NCBI GenBank assembly: GCA_965222155.1
Contig: CBDCTH010000012.1
Span: 2,592,001-2,656,000, forward strand
DNA from: Gammaproteobacteria bacterium
GTDB lineage: Bacteria > Pseudomonadota > Gammaproteobacteria > Eutrophobiales > Eutrophobiaceae
Direction: 5' to 3'
Length of the DNA stretch: 64,000 bases
Made by a program: the position numbers and the translations under genes. The notes under the pieces were generated by a model. That model saw only the letters and a list, made by a program, of their open reading frames with translations, was not told the DNA's origin and ran no database searches. Positions 49,653-59,699 of the stretch are shown here, in pieces. Every line of letters starts with the position of its first letter. Position 1 is the first letter of the stretch.

Positions 49653-49773
49653 AACCTGGTTGTTACTGCATTCATAATATACAACATAGAATCATTTAAA
49701 CCTGGTATATTTAATGCTTTTATCCCGGTATATGTAACGATTTCAACCCGGTATATGTAATATGTTTATCCTG
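49653..49773. repeat. Imperfect 23-bp-period direct repeats upstream of the DUF4143 ATPase
   Basis: AACCTGGTATATTTAA / ATCCCGGTATATGTAA / AACCCGGTATATGTAA at 49699, 49722, 49745; in-phase AACCTGG at 49653. Confidence 0.75.
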
Positions 49774-49900
49774 TGACTCACAACATTTTATTTCGTTAAT
49801 TTCTTGAAATTGCTAATATAATACAGGGGGTTCAACGCAAACATTTTATGCCATCCACGGCATAGAAAAAGTCAAGGGTTTCGCTATATATCGGATTAAT

Positions 49901-51166
49901 ATGCAAGTCATCATTATCGGGAGCGGTGTAACGGGGATAACAACGGCGTATTACCTGCGGCAATACGGGGCTGACGTAACAGTCCTGGAACGGACTCAGG
50001 GAGCTGGTCTGGAAACCAGTTTTGGCAACGGCGGCGGTTTGACAGCAGGCGTTGTCGAGCCGTGGAATTCGCCGGGGATACACAAAGTGCTGCTGCAATC
50101 CCTGGGCCATAAAGACGCACCCATACTGTTACGAGCCATGGCAATCCCCGGAATGATGTCCTGGGGTATCCGGTTTTTGTGGGCGTCACGGCAAGACGCA
50201 TATATTGAAAATATCAGACGTAATTCCGTTCTGGCCAGGTACTCTCTTGCTCTCATGAAGCAAATCCGGGAAGAGACCGGGATCGAGTATCGACTTTCCG
50301 ATACAGGCACGCTGCTTGTGTTTCGCGACCAGGATTCCCTGGATAGCCACGTTGAACATGCCAGTTTTCTGGGCGAAGAGTGCGCTGTGAATCACAAGGT
50401 ATTGGATACCCGTGAACTGACCGCACTGGAACCCTCCTTGCAGCCGGTTCAGGCTCGACTCTCGGGAGGGATACACTTTCCCGATGATGAAGGCGGTGAT
50501 TGCCATATTTTTTGCAGGAAACTTGCTGACATACTGGCGAGCCGAAATGTACGGTTTCGCTACGGCGCCATTGTCACGAAAATAATTCAACAAGACGCAT
50601 TATTTAAAGTTGAACTGGCGGGAGGCGAAATTATAAAGGCTGATACGGTAGTCATTGCGGCTGGCACCTACAGTCCAATCATCGTGCGTCCGCTGGGTAT
50701 CCGGATTCCCATCTACCCGGTAAAAGGCTATTCCCTGACGATACCCATGGAAGGCTGGGCGAACAGGCCGCGACACCTGGTCGGCGACATGGGCGTACAT
50801 GCCGTGGCCAATCCGCTGGGAGGCGAGGTTTTGCGGGTTGCAGGGACTGCGGAGTTCACGGGTTACGACAGGACAATCCCCGCTGAACGGGTAGCTAACC
50901 TGATTCGGCTTGTGGAAGCCATATTTCCTGAATTTGCCGGGATCATGGACCGGGACGCACTCAACCCATGGACAGGATTACGACCGATGAGCAGCGACGG
51001 CGTGCCGATACTCGGGAAAACCTCGATTAGGGGCCTTTACCTGAACACCGGCCACGGTCATCTCGGCTGGACGTCGGCGGCGGCATCGGGCCGGGTTCTG
51101 GCGGATACCATCATGGGGCAACCGCCGGAAGTGGACATGAGTCTTTATTCAATAGACAGGTTCTGA
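49901..51166 (+). CDS. D-amino acid dehydrogenase (DadA-like)
   Basis: IIGSGVTG, ETSFGNGG, YPVKGYS, WTGLRP, NTGHGHLGWT. Confidence 0.88.
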   Translation: MQVIIIGSGVTGITTAYYLRQYGADVTVLERTQGAGLETSFGNGGGLTAGVVEPWNSPGIHKVLLQSLGHKDAPILLRAMAIPGMMSWGIRFLWASRQDAYIENIRRNSVLARYSLALMKQIREETGIEYRLSDTGTLLVFRDQDSLDSHVEHASFLGEECAVNHKVLDTRELTALEPSLQPVQARLSGGIHFPDDEGGDCHIFCRKLADILASRNVRFRYGAIVTKIIQQDALFKVELAGGEIIKADTVVIAAGTYSPIIVRPLGIRIPIYPVKGYSLTIPMEGWANRPRHLVGDMGVHAVANPLGGEVLRVAGTAEFTGYDRTIPAERVANLIRLVEAIFPEFAGIMDRDALNPWTGLRPMSSDGVPILGKTSIRGLYLNTGHGHLGWTSAAASGRVLADTIMGQPPEVDMSLYSIDRF

Positions 51167-51192
51167 TAGCGGGGCTATTAGAACTCAGATAC

Positions 51193-51269
51193 TTGGGGTC
51201 AGAGTAAAAATACGGTCAGTCTGGCAAGAAGTGGTGGTATAGGATTATGTTTTTTTACTCTGACCCCAA
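51193..51269. repeat. REPIN-like inverted repeat TTGGGGTCAGAGTAAAAA
   Basis: 18-bp IR arms at 51193-51210 / 51252-51269; degenerate copy at 55607-55680. Confidence 0.8.
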
Positions 51270-51317
51270 ATATGCGACAGGTATTGATAGGAGCGTTATT
51301 AGAACTTATACGCTGAT

Positions 51318-53714
51318 TTGTGTATAGTAAATCGCATCACCCGATTTCAACAGAATTACGTGCATGCACAAGCTGAACAACAGTATAAACTGGTCCCGGT
51401 GAGTTCCCATTGGGGGAATTACCTGGCCGAGGTCGCTGCCGGCAAACTGGTTGCGATCCACCCTTACGAGTCTGACCCTGACCCGACCCCTATCGGTCAA
51501 TCGCTGTTGAATGCCCAGGATGAGAACGTTCGCATCCCCCGGCCGATGATTCGGCAGGGTTACCTGGAAAAACAGCACAACAGCGATGGCGCCCAACGCG
51601 GTATTGAACCCTTTATACCGGTGTCATGGGACGCGGCGCTTGATTTGGCAGCCGCCGCCCTGCAACGCGTGAGAGAAGAGTTCGGCAATGAAGCGATCTA
51701 CGGCGGCTCATACGGTTGGGCCAGCGCCGGCCGTTTTCACCATGCCACCAGCCAGGTGCATCGGTTTCTTAACACTGTCGGTGGTTATACCTACTCCGTA
51801 AACAGCTACTCTGCCGCTGCTGCCGAGGTGATCATGCCCCATGTGCTGGGCATGAATTTTTTTGATTTGATGTTGCAGGCGCCCACCGTTGCGGACATCG
51901 CAAAACACACCAGGCTGGTCGTGTGTTTCGGCGGTATTGCCATGAAGAACACCCAGATCATGGCCGGCGGTCTGGGGGCGCATACGGCCAGGGACCAGTT
52001 GCACCACTTGCGCCAGACCGGGGTCAGGTTCGTGAACGTCAGTCCGGTAAAGGACGACATGGCGGATTATCTCGACGCAGAGTGGTGGCCGTGCCGGCCC
52101 AACAGCGACGTTGCCGTCATGCTGGGCATAGCCCATACCCTGGTGGCGAACAACCTCCATGACCGGCAATTCCTGGACACTTACTGCACGGGGTTTGAGC
52201 GCTTTCTCCCCTACCTGATGGGCGAGGAGGACGGGATTATCAAGGATGCCCGCTGGGCCGCACAGTCAGCAGAGATACCTACGCAAAGAATCGAGGAAAC
52301 CGCAAAACAAATGGCTGCCGAACGCTGCCTGATCGGTATCAGCTGGTCACTGCAACGGAGTGAGTTCGGCGAGCAATCCTACTGGATGGCGACTTTATTG
52401 AGCGCCATGCTGGGCTACGTGGGTTTGCCCGGCGCTGGCGTCGCTTATGGCTACGGCTCCGTGCATAACATCGGTTTTGCCGGACGGCGCTTGCCCAATT
52501 ACCACACGGCCGCATTGCCGCAGGGAAAGAATGCGGTGAAGACATTTATTCCGGTGGCCAGGATAGCCGATATGCTGTTGAACCCGGGCGGGCAGTTTGA
52601 CTATAACGGGCAGTCCCTGACCTATCCCGAAATTCGACTTGTCTACTGGGCGGGCGGCAACCCCTTCCATCACCACCAGGACTTGAACCGTTTGCGCCGT
52701 GCCTGGGCAAAGCCGGAGACCATCATCGTCAATGAGCCATTCTGGACGGCTAGCGCCCGTCATGCCGACATCGTGTTTCCGTCAACCACATCATTGGAAC
52801 GCAATGATGCCAGTCTCAACTCCTACGATTGCCACCTCGCCCCTATGCCTTGCGCGGTACCGCCCTTCGGACAATCGAGAAATGACTATGACATTTTTTC
52901 CGGCCTGGCAACGCGGCTCGGCGTTGAACCGGAGTTTACCGATGGCAAGGATGAGATGGACTGGGTGAAGCATCTCTATAACACTACGCGGGAAGCGGCG
53001 GCCGGCGTCAACGTTTCATTGCCGGAATTTGATGAATTCTGGAATGGTCGGCATATATCGGTATATGACCAGACCCCGGACCGCGTTTTTACACTGGAGA
53101 AATTCCGTTCCGACCCGGAGGCAAACCCGCTGCACACTCCCTCGGGCCGGATTGAACTGTATTCGGAAAAGATTGCCGGGTTCAACTACGCTGACTGTGC
53201 CGGCCACCCCAGGTGGTACGGCAAACAGGAGTGGCTAGGCGCCGAGCGGGCCGCGGATTACCCGCTGCATTTGATCTCCAATCAGCCGAAAACCAGGTTG
53301 CACAGCCAATATGATCACGGCGTCACCAGCCGCAATGCCAAGCTCAACGGCCGGGCGCCGGCAAGGATGAACCCGCTGGATGCGGCAAAGCGAGATATCA
53401 CACAGGGCGACGTCATCCGCCTGTTCAATGATCGGGGCGCCTGCCTGGCCGGGGTCACCCTCACGGAGAATATCCGCCCGGGCGTGGTCGAACTGGAAAC
53501 CGGCGCCTGGTATGACCCACAGGATGCTGCCGACCCCATGTCCCTTGAGATACATGGAAACCCCAACACATTGACGCGCGACGCCGGCACTTCGAAATTG
53601 GCCCAGGGGCCGACTGCTCACAGTTGCCTGGTGGAGGTGGAGAAATACACCGGCAAGCTGTATCCAATCCGGGTTTTTTCGCAACCGCCTACGGCAAACA
53701 TTGAGCCGTCCTGA
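51318..53714 (+). CDS. DMSO reductase family molybdoenzyme, biotin sulfoxide reductase (BisC)-like; start uncertain
   Basis: SSHWG, GGSYGWASAGRFHHA, YWAGGNPFHHHQD, RLHSQ; no Tat signal. Confidence 0.88.
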   Translation: MCIVNRITRFQQNYVHAQAEQQYKLVPVSSHWGNYLAEVAAGKLVAIHPYESDPDPTPIGQSLLNAQDENVRIPRPMIRQGYLEKQHNSDGAQRGIEPFIPVSWDAALDLAAAALQRVREEFGNEAIYGGSYGWASAGRFHHATSQVHRFLNTVGGYTYSVNSYSAAAAEVIMPHVLGMNFFDLMLQAPTVADIAKHTRLVVCFGGIAMKNTQIMAGGLGAHTARDQLHHLRQTGVRFVNVSPVKDDMADYLDAEWWPCRPNSDVAVMLGIAHTLVANNLHDRQFLDTYCTGFERFLPYLMGEEDGIIKDARWAAQSAEIPTQRIEETAKQMAAERCLIGISWSLQRSEFGEQSYWMATLLSAMLGYVGLPGAGVAYGYGSVHNIGFAGRRLPNYHTAALPQGKNAVKTFIPVARIADMLLNPGGQFDYNGQSLTYPEIRLVYWAGGNPFHHHQDLNRLRRAWAKPETIIVNEPFWTASARHADIVFPSTTSLERNDASLNSYDCHLAPMPCAVPPFGQSRNDYDIFSGLATRLGVEPEFTDGKDEMDWVKHLYNTTREAAAGVNVSLPEFDEFWNGRHISVYDQTPDRVFTLEKFRSDPEANPLHTPSGRIELYSEKIAGFNYADCAGHPRWYGKQEWLGAERAADYPLHLISNQPKTRLHSQYDHGVTSRNAKLNGRAPARMNPLDAAKRDITQGDVIRLFNDRGACLAGVTLTENIRPGVVELETGAWYDPQDAADPMSLEIHGNPNTLTRDAGTSKLAQGPTAHSCLVEVEKYTGKLYPIRVFSQPPTANIEPS

Positions 53715-53777
53715 CCTCTTTATGCCAAAAACAAGTCCGGCAACGGCCCTGTGTAGAAAAAACAGTATCGCCAGATT

Positions 53778-54261
53778 ACTGGATTCCTGCCAGCGCAGGA
53801 GTGACGGTTGCTGCCTCCGTCGTCGTTCCGGCGCAGGAGTGACGGTTGCTGCCTCCGTCGTCGTTCCGGCGCAGGCCGGAACCCAGTCTGTTATTGTGTC
53901 GCCGGAGGCGACTCTTTGTTCCACTGGATTCCGGCATTCGCCGGAACGACGGCAGGGGGCATTCGCCGGAACGACGGCAGGGGGCATTCGCCGGAACGAC
54001 GGCAGGGGCATTCGCCGGAATGACGGCAGGGGCATTCGCCGGAACGACGACAGGGGCATTCGCCGGAATGACGGCAGGGGCATTCGCCGGAACGACGGCA
54101 GGGGCATTCGCCGGAACGACGGCAGGGGCATTCGCCGGAACGACGGCAGGGGCATTCGCCGGAACGACGGCAGGGGCATTCGCCGGAACGACGGCAGGGG
54201 CATTCGCTGGAACGACGGCAGGGGCATTCGCCGGAACGACGGCAGGGGCATTCGCCGGAAT
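53778..54261. repeat. REP cluster with 38-bp duplication and a tandem array of a 24-bp REP half-unit (13 full + 1 partial)
   Basis: Unit GGCATTCGCCGGAACGACGGCAGG from 53933 to 54261; 38-bp duplicate at 53793-53868. Confidence 0.95.
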
Positions 54262-54327
54262 GGCTACTGGTCAGTTTTAAACTGACCTTCTACCCAGGTT
54301 GGAATGAAAAAGTTCAGGAGTTAGTAC

Positions 54328-55512
54328 ATGAATGATCAAATCGTCATCGCGGGTATGGCCCGTACCCCCCAGGGGGGATTACAGGGAAACCTGTCAGCCA
54401 TGCCGGCCCCGCAGTTGGGTGCCATTGCCGTCAAGGCTGCATTGGACAGGGCGAATATAAATCCGGCAGAAGTGGATGAGACCATCATGGGCTGTGTGCT
54501 GCCCGCAGGTCTGCGTCAGGCGCCGGCGCGCCAGGCGTCCATCGGCGCCGGTATACCGGTCAACACGGGCTGCACGACCGTCAATAAGATGTGCGGCTCG
54601 GCCATGAAGGCTGTGATGCTGGGTTTTGACGCCATCCGGGCAGGATCAGCTGATTGTATTGTCGCGGGAGGGATGGAGAGCATGAGCAATGCACCGTACC
54701 TGGTGCTCAAAGCCCGCAGCGGTCTGCGCCTGGGACATGGGGAAATGGTGGATCACATGTTCTTTGACGGCCTGGAAGACGCGTATGATCAAGGCAAGTT
54801 AATGGGGTCGTTTGCGGAAGACTGTGCGAGTAAATACGGTTTTACCCGGGAGATGCAGGATGCCTATGCCATAGAGTCACTGACGCGCGCCCAACGCGCC
54901 ATCAGGGAAGGAAAGTTCAAAGATGAAATCGTCCCGGTTGTGGTTAAAACACGTAAAGGTGAATTCACCGTGGACACCGATGAGCAGCCGGGCAAAGCTA
55001 ATTTACAAAAAATCCCCACGCTGAAACCCGCGTTCGCCAAAGACGGCACTGTGACACCGGCCAATTCCAGTTCCATCTCCGACGGTGCAGCGGCGCTCGT
55101 ATTACTCAGGGAGAATGATGCCCGTTCCCGTGGTTTAAAACCGCTGGCGCGACTGCACGCACACTCAAGCCATGCCCAGGAACCGGGCTGGTTTATCACC
55201 GCGCCGGTGAGGGCGATCAAAAAAGTATTGGAAAAAACCGGCTGGACCGTGGCTGACGTGGACCTGTTTGAAGTGAACGAGGCTTTTGCCGTCGTCGCCA
55301 TGGCGGCCATGCATGAACTGCAGATTCCCCACGACAAACTGAACGTGAACGGCGGCGCCTGCGCTTTGGGGCATCCCATCGGCGCCTCGGGCGCAAGAAT
55401 CATGGTGACATTAATCGCCGCCCTGAAAGACCGCGGATTGAAACGCGGCGTGGCCAGCCTGTGCATAGGCGGTGGTGAAGCGACGGCAGTCGCCCTGGAA
55501 TTAATTCCATAG
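54328..55512 (+). CDS. Acetyl-CoA C-acyltransferase (thiolase)
   Basis: NKMCGS, NEAF, GHPIGASG, CIGGG. Confidence 0.95.
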   Translation: MNDQIVIAGMARTPQGGLQGNLSAMPAPQLGAIAVKAALDRANINPAEVDETIMGCVLPAGLRQAPARQASIGAGIPVNTGCTTVNKMCGSAMKAVMLGFDAIRAGSADCIVAGGMESMSNAPYLVLKARSGLRLGHGEMVDHMFFDGLEDAYDQGKLMGSFAEDCASKYGFTREMQDAYAIESLTRAQRAIREGKFKDEIVPVVVKTRKGEFTVDTDEQPGKANLQKIPTLKPAFAKDGTVTPANSSSISDGAAALVLLRENDARSRGLKPLARLHAHSSHAQEPGWFITAPVRAIKKVLEKTGWTVADVDLFEVNEAFAVVAMAAMHELQIPHDKLNVNGGACALGHPIGASGARIMVTLIAALKDRGLKRGVASLCIGGGEATAVALELIP

Positions 55513-55550
55513 ACAGAGATTTGACATGGATGGACAGGATATACAGGATT

Positions 55551-55789
55551 TATCTGCAGATAACACAGATTACCGCAGATTTTTTTTGTTATAAGAATAT
55601 CTCATCGGGTTAGAGTAATAATACTGCCAGTGTGGCAGATTGAGACGGTTTACGGGCAGGTATTTTTACTCTGACTCCAAATATCGCACTCTGTGGTTAC
55701 ACAAGCTACAATCAAGTCTGGTAACGCATAATCTGCGTTCATCTGCGTAATCTGCGGATTAATCTTTCATCTGCGTAATCTGCGGATTG
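55551..55789. repeat. ATCTGCGTAATCTGCGGATT-type short repeat cluster, partly overlapping the DMT 3' end
   Basis: CAGATAACACAGATTACCGCAGATT (~55557) inverted relative to CATCTGCGTAATCTGCGGATT x2 (55740, 55768). Confidence 0.7.
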
Positions 55790-56661
55790 AAATGCTGCAA
55801 CAGTAACCCTGCAACGATCAACGCTAATCCCATAATCGTTGTTACGGCAATCACTTCACCGAGAATCCGGCTTATGAAGATGAGTGAGATAAACGGCGAG
55901 AGGAAAATGAGCGTACTGACTTTTGCCATGGCCTCCGACAAGCGCAACGCGGTTAGCCAGAGGATATAGGTAAAGCCCATTTCAAACAATCCCACGTAAA
56001 TACCGGCCAGGATACCTGTCGTGCCCAGGGAAGACACATCGGACTGAAGCCAGCAGGCAGCCACTATGAACGGGATGCTGAACAGGAAACTGACGAACAG
56101 GCCCAGTATAGGGTCGATGTGGTCTTTTGTTTTTAGCAACCAGTAAAACGCCCAGATTACGGTGCTGCCAAGGGCCAGAAAAATTCCTGCTGTGCTTAAT
56201 TCTCCTGTCTGAAACTGACCGCCGCTGAAGCAGATGATCATGACACCGGAATAACAGATAACGGTGGCGCCGTAATCAAACCGGGTGATCCTGTGCTTCA
56301 GTATGGGCACGGACAGCAGCATCAGCGTAATCGCCCAGGTATAGTTCAATGCCTGGGCAACCTGTGCCGGCAACAGGTCATAGGCCTTGAACAGGATCAG
56401 GTAATAACAGAACGGGTTCAGTATGCCCAGACAGGCCAGCCTTAGATAATCCCGTGTACCCGTGTGGGCCAGCAGAGTTATCCTGCCTGTCGCCAGGACA
56501 ATCACCAGCAGACACAATGTCGCCGTCACGCTTGCGACCAGCAATAACTGGAACACGTCAAGGTAACGCAGCGAGATTTTAAATGCGGTCGCGACAGTGG
56601 ACCATAGCAACACCGCGCTCAGAGCGAACAGGTACGCCTTATGTTGACGGGTCAGGGTCAT
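55759..56661 (-). CDS. DMT/EamA family transporter
   Basis: About 10 hydrophobic segments; LWSTVATAFK, LNYTW, FEMG. Confidence 0.88.
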   Translation of the reverse strand: MTLTRQHKAYLFALSAVLLWSTVATAFKISLRYLDVFQLLLVASVTATLCLLVIVLATGRITLLAHTGTRDYLRLACLGILNPFCYYLILFKAYDLLPAQVAQALNYTWAITLMLLSVPILKHRITRFDYGATVICYSGVMIICFSGGQFQTGELSTAGIFLALGSTVIWAFYWLLKTKDHIDPILGLFVSFLFSIPFIVAACWLQSDVSSLGTTGILAGIYVGLFEMGFTYILWLTALRLSEAMAKVSTLIFLSPFISLIFISRILGEVIAVTTIMGLALIVAGLLLQHFNPQITQMKD

Positions 56662-56759
56662 TGAACTCCATGCACGGATTAACCAGGTAAAGTTAAATTA
56701 ATAGAACATATCGAATGATTCGTTTATACTGAACGAAATGAATGATATGAGGTGTTGAC

Positions 56760-57020
56760 ATGAAAGCAGTAACCGCGAATGAAGCAAAAACCCAGTTTGG
56801 CGATATGTTGATGAGCGTACAACGGGCGCCTGTTCAAATCAACAAAAACGGTAAACCAGTTGCCGTGATGGTATCAATGGACGATTACGAAAAGATGGAA
56901 GAACTGAAAATTCAGATGCTGAAAGAACGGGTACAACGTGCAAAAACAGAGATTGAAGCCGGGGCAACAACTGAGGGTGACGCTTTTTTCGATGAACTGT
57001 TAGCGAAAAATAACGAGTAG
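56760..57020 (+). CDS. Phd/YefM-family antitoxin
   Basis: TANEAKTQFG..PVQINKNGKPVAVMVS. Confidence 0.88.
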   Translation: MKAVTANEAKTQFGDMLMSVQRAPVQINKNGKPVAVMVSMDDYEKMEELKIQMLKERVQRAKTEIEAGATTEGDAFFDELLAKNNE

Positions 57021-57021
57021 T

Positions 57022-57330
57022 ATGGGTACGTACCGTCTCACCACGGATGCCGGACGGGATTTATCTGGGATACGCGAATTTACGAAAAATCGGTGGGGAA
57101 ATGAACAATCAAGAAAATACCTTGTTGAATTACGCAAAACCCTCACCGTGCTATCTGATAATCCTCTGATAGGAATCCGCCGGAGTGATATTGATGAAGG
57201 CACTTACAGTTTTTCCCACGCAAGTCATGTTATCTATTACTTGCTCGAGAAAAATCATCTTATCGTGACAGGTATTTTACACAGCAGTATGGTGCCGGCA
57301 AATCATTTGAAAGATCGAACGCTGATATAA
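57022..57330 (+). CDS. parE: ParE/RelE-family toxin
   Basis: YRLTTDAGRDL..WGNEQ..HVIYY..ILHSSM. Confidence 0.85.
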   Translation: MGTYRLTTDAGRDLSGIREFTKNRWGNEQSRKYLVELRKTLTVLSDNPLIGIRRSDIDEGTYSFSHASHVIYYLLEKNHLIVTGILHSSMVPANHLKDRTLI

Positions 57331-57334
57331 CGGG

Positions 57335-58099
57335 TCAGCGCGGCGGCATTCTGATCCCCCCATCAATACGAATAGTTTCCGCATTGATATAGTCGTTTTC
57401 AATAATGAATACGGCGAGGCGGGCAACCTCGTCGGGACTGCCCAGGCGCTTCGGGTAGAGGACAGAAGCCTCCAGTGACTGGATGACCTCGTCACCCAGG
57501 CCGTCGAAAATGGGCGTGTGAATTATTCCCGGCGCGATGGTATTAACCCTGATGCCCAGACCGGCCAGGTCTCGGGCGACAGGGACCGTCATGCCGGCTA
57601 TCCCGCCTTTGCTGGCGCTGTATGCCGCCTGGCCGATCTGCCCTTCAAAAGCGGCAACGGATGCGGTATTGATGATCACGCCGCGCCCGCCGTGCTCGTC
57701 CAAAGGTTCGTTTTCGGCCATTTGTGCGGCGGCCAGGCGCAGGACGTTGAAGGTACCGCTCAGGTTGATCCGGATTACCTTGTTGTATAACTCCAGTGAA
57801 TGCGGACCGTCTCTCCCGAGGGTCCTGGCGGCCACTGCAATCCCGGCAAAGTTGCAGCATATATGCAGCGCCCCGAACCTGGCTACCGTGTTGCCGATAG
57901 CGGCGCTCACTGCGTCCTCATCCGCCACGTCAACACGCTGGAACAAAACCCGGTCATGCCCGGCAATCCCGGCATCCTGAACGTCATTCAAATCGAATAC
58001 AGCGACATTGGCGCCGGCATCAACAAGCCGTTTTACCGTTGCCAGACCCAACCCGGATGCACCACCGGTTACTATCGCTGTTTTGCCCGAAATATCCAT
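57335..58099 (-). CDS. SDR, 3-hydroxyacyl-CoA dehydrogenase type-2 like (true start MDISGK at 58099)
   Basis: TGGASGLG, NTASVAAFEGQIGQAAYSASKGG, IRIDGGIRM. Confidence 0.92.
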   Translation of the reverse strand: MDISGKTAIVTGGASGLGLATVKRLVDAGANVAVFDLNDVQDAGIAGHDRVLFQRVDVADEDAVSAAIGNTVARFGALHICCNFAGIAVAARTLGRDGPHSLELYNKVIRINLSGTFNVLRLAAAQMAENEPLDEHGGRGVIINTASVAAFEGQIGQAAYSASKGGIAGMTVPVARDLAGLGIRVNTIAPGIIHTPIFDGLGDEVIQSLEASVLYPKRLGSPDEVARLAVFIIENDYINAETIRIDGGIRMPPR

Positions 58100-58161
58100 G
58101 CTGTCCTCCAGGAAGAATTCGGCCGGTAGTGTACCAGTTGTTGCCGATGGCGGACAGTTCG

Positions 58162-59563
58162 AGTATTTTCCAATATGAAATGAGCCTGAAGGGGGTGCGT
58201 GATTCCAACATGAAATGAGCCTGAAATAGTCTGTGTTTCCGTTCATGATAGGAGGATGAAAACGATCATGAATGCAAACGAGTTAACGAGTATTAACCAG
58301 GTACGTGCTTTTTTGTCAGGCACCCAACGGGTGGTTTTTGAGGTGGCCAGTGACAAGCAGAGCCGTTATGACTGGGTACGGCGGACACTGGTGAGGTTCA
58401 ACTACCTGGGCTGTAACAAATCGGACAAGGGGGTACTCATGGGTTACCTGATGAAGGTGAGCGGGTATTCCCTGGCCCAGGTGAAGCGGTTGATTAAGCG
58501 ATACCGGGAGACCGGGAAGCTGGCGCCACGGCAACGCACGGTACGGGGGTTTGCCCGGCGCTATAGCAAGGCGGACATTCGCCTGCTGGCGGCCATGGAC
58601 GAACGCCACAACACCCCCAACGGGCTGACCTTGAAGAAGCTCTGTGAGCGCGCCTATGAGGTGTTCGGCCAGGCCGAGTATGCGCGCCTGGCCGGTATCT
58701 CGGTGTCCCACCTGTACAACCTGCGCCAATCGCAGACCTACCGGCGCCAGCGCCACACGGTGGAGAAGACCCGCCCGGTGGTGCGTGACATCGGTGAGCG
58801 GCGCAAGCCGCAGAGTGACGGTCAACCGGGTTATATTCGCATCGATACCGTGCATCAGGGCGATTTAGACGGGGAAAAAGGCGTCTATCATATCAATGCG
58901 GTGGATGAGGTCACCCAGTTCGAGGTCGTGGTCAGTGTCGAGCGCATCAGCGAGGTGTATCTCATCCCGGCCCTGGAACACCTGCTGGAGGTCTTTCCGT
59001 TCGTGGTCCTGGGATTCCATGCCGATAACGGCTCGGAGTACATCAACCGCCAGGTCGCCCGGCTGCTGGAGAAACTGCGCATCGAGTTCACCAAGTCCCG
59101 CGCCCGGCACAGCAACGACAACGCCCTGGTGGAATGCAAGAACGGCCATGTCGTGCGCAAGCTCCTCGGCCATGCCCATATCCCGCAGCGCTGGGCCGGC
59201 CTGCTCAATGCCTTCCATCGCCAGCACCTCAACCCGTACGTCAACTATCACCGGCCCTGCCTGTTCCCGCACACCGTCACCGACAAGACCGGGAAACAAC
59301 GAAAACGCTATCCCTACCAGTCCCTGATGACCCCGTATGAGAAACTCAAATCCCTCACCGATGCAAAGACGTACTTGAAACCGGGGTTAAGCTTTGCGAT
59401 ACTGGACAGGATCGCTTACCAAATCAGCGACAACGCGGCGGCCGATGCCTTGCAACAGGCGCGCCGGGAACTCTTTACAACCATCCATGAACAGGAATAC
59501 AAACGGGCTTGAGATCGAGTCAGAATCTCTCTCTACAGGCTCATTTTAGAATTGGAAAATACT
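58162..59563. mobile_element. Complete IS (ISNCY-like, integrase-core DDE)
   Basis: Imperfect ~28-bp TIR AGTATTTTCCAAT...AATGAGCCTG; 5-bp TSD GTTCG (58157-58161 / 59564-59568). Confidence 0.9.
58256..59512 (+). CDS. DDE transposase (rve/integrase core)
   Basis: IRIDTVH, FHADNGSEYIN, NDNALVECKN. Confidence 0.92.
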   Translation: MKTIMNANELTSINQVRAFLSGTQRVVFEVASDKQSRYDWVRRTLVRFNYLGCNKSDKGVLMGYLMKVSGYSLAQVKRLIKRYRETGKLAPRQRTVRGFARRYSKADIRLLAAMDERHNTPNGLTLKKLCERAYEVFGQAEYARLAGISVSHLYNLRQSQTYRRQRHTVEKTRPVVRDIGERRKPQSDGQPGYIRIDTVHQGDLDGEKGVYHINAVDEVTQFEVVVSVERISEVYLIPALEHLLEVFPFVVLGFHADNGSEYINRQVARLLEKLRIEFTKSRARHSNDNALVECKNGHVVRKLLGHAHIPQRWAGLLNAFHRQHLNPYVNYHRPCLFPHTVTDKTGKQRKRYPYQSLMTPYEKLKSLTDAKTYLKPGLSFAILDRIAYQISDNAAADALQQARRELFTTIHEQEYKRA

Positions 59564-59699
59564 GTTCGGTCTACCCTGATCACCATACGCTGACGAGTGA
59601 TACTCGAAAGTTTACGTTTGCCCTGGCCGAAGAGACACGCACACATCTCTATGGCGCTTATAGTAAACTATGGATATTACTCAATGAGGAGAGACCGAT

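Noticed and set aside
53933-54261. Possible CRISPR array or repeat protein (GIRRNDGR / MPLPSFRR ORFs)
   Set aside because: Units are contiguous with no unique spacers and no cas genes; the ORFs are incidental translations of a 24-bp REP-derived repeat
58100-58246. N-terminal extension of the SDR ORF
   Set aside because: It runs into the IS left end; RBS-like GGAG and MDISGK start at 58099
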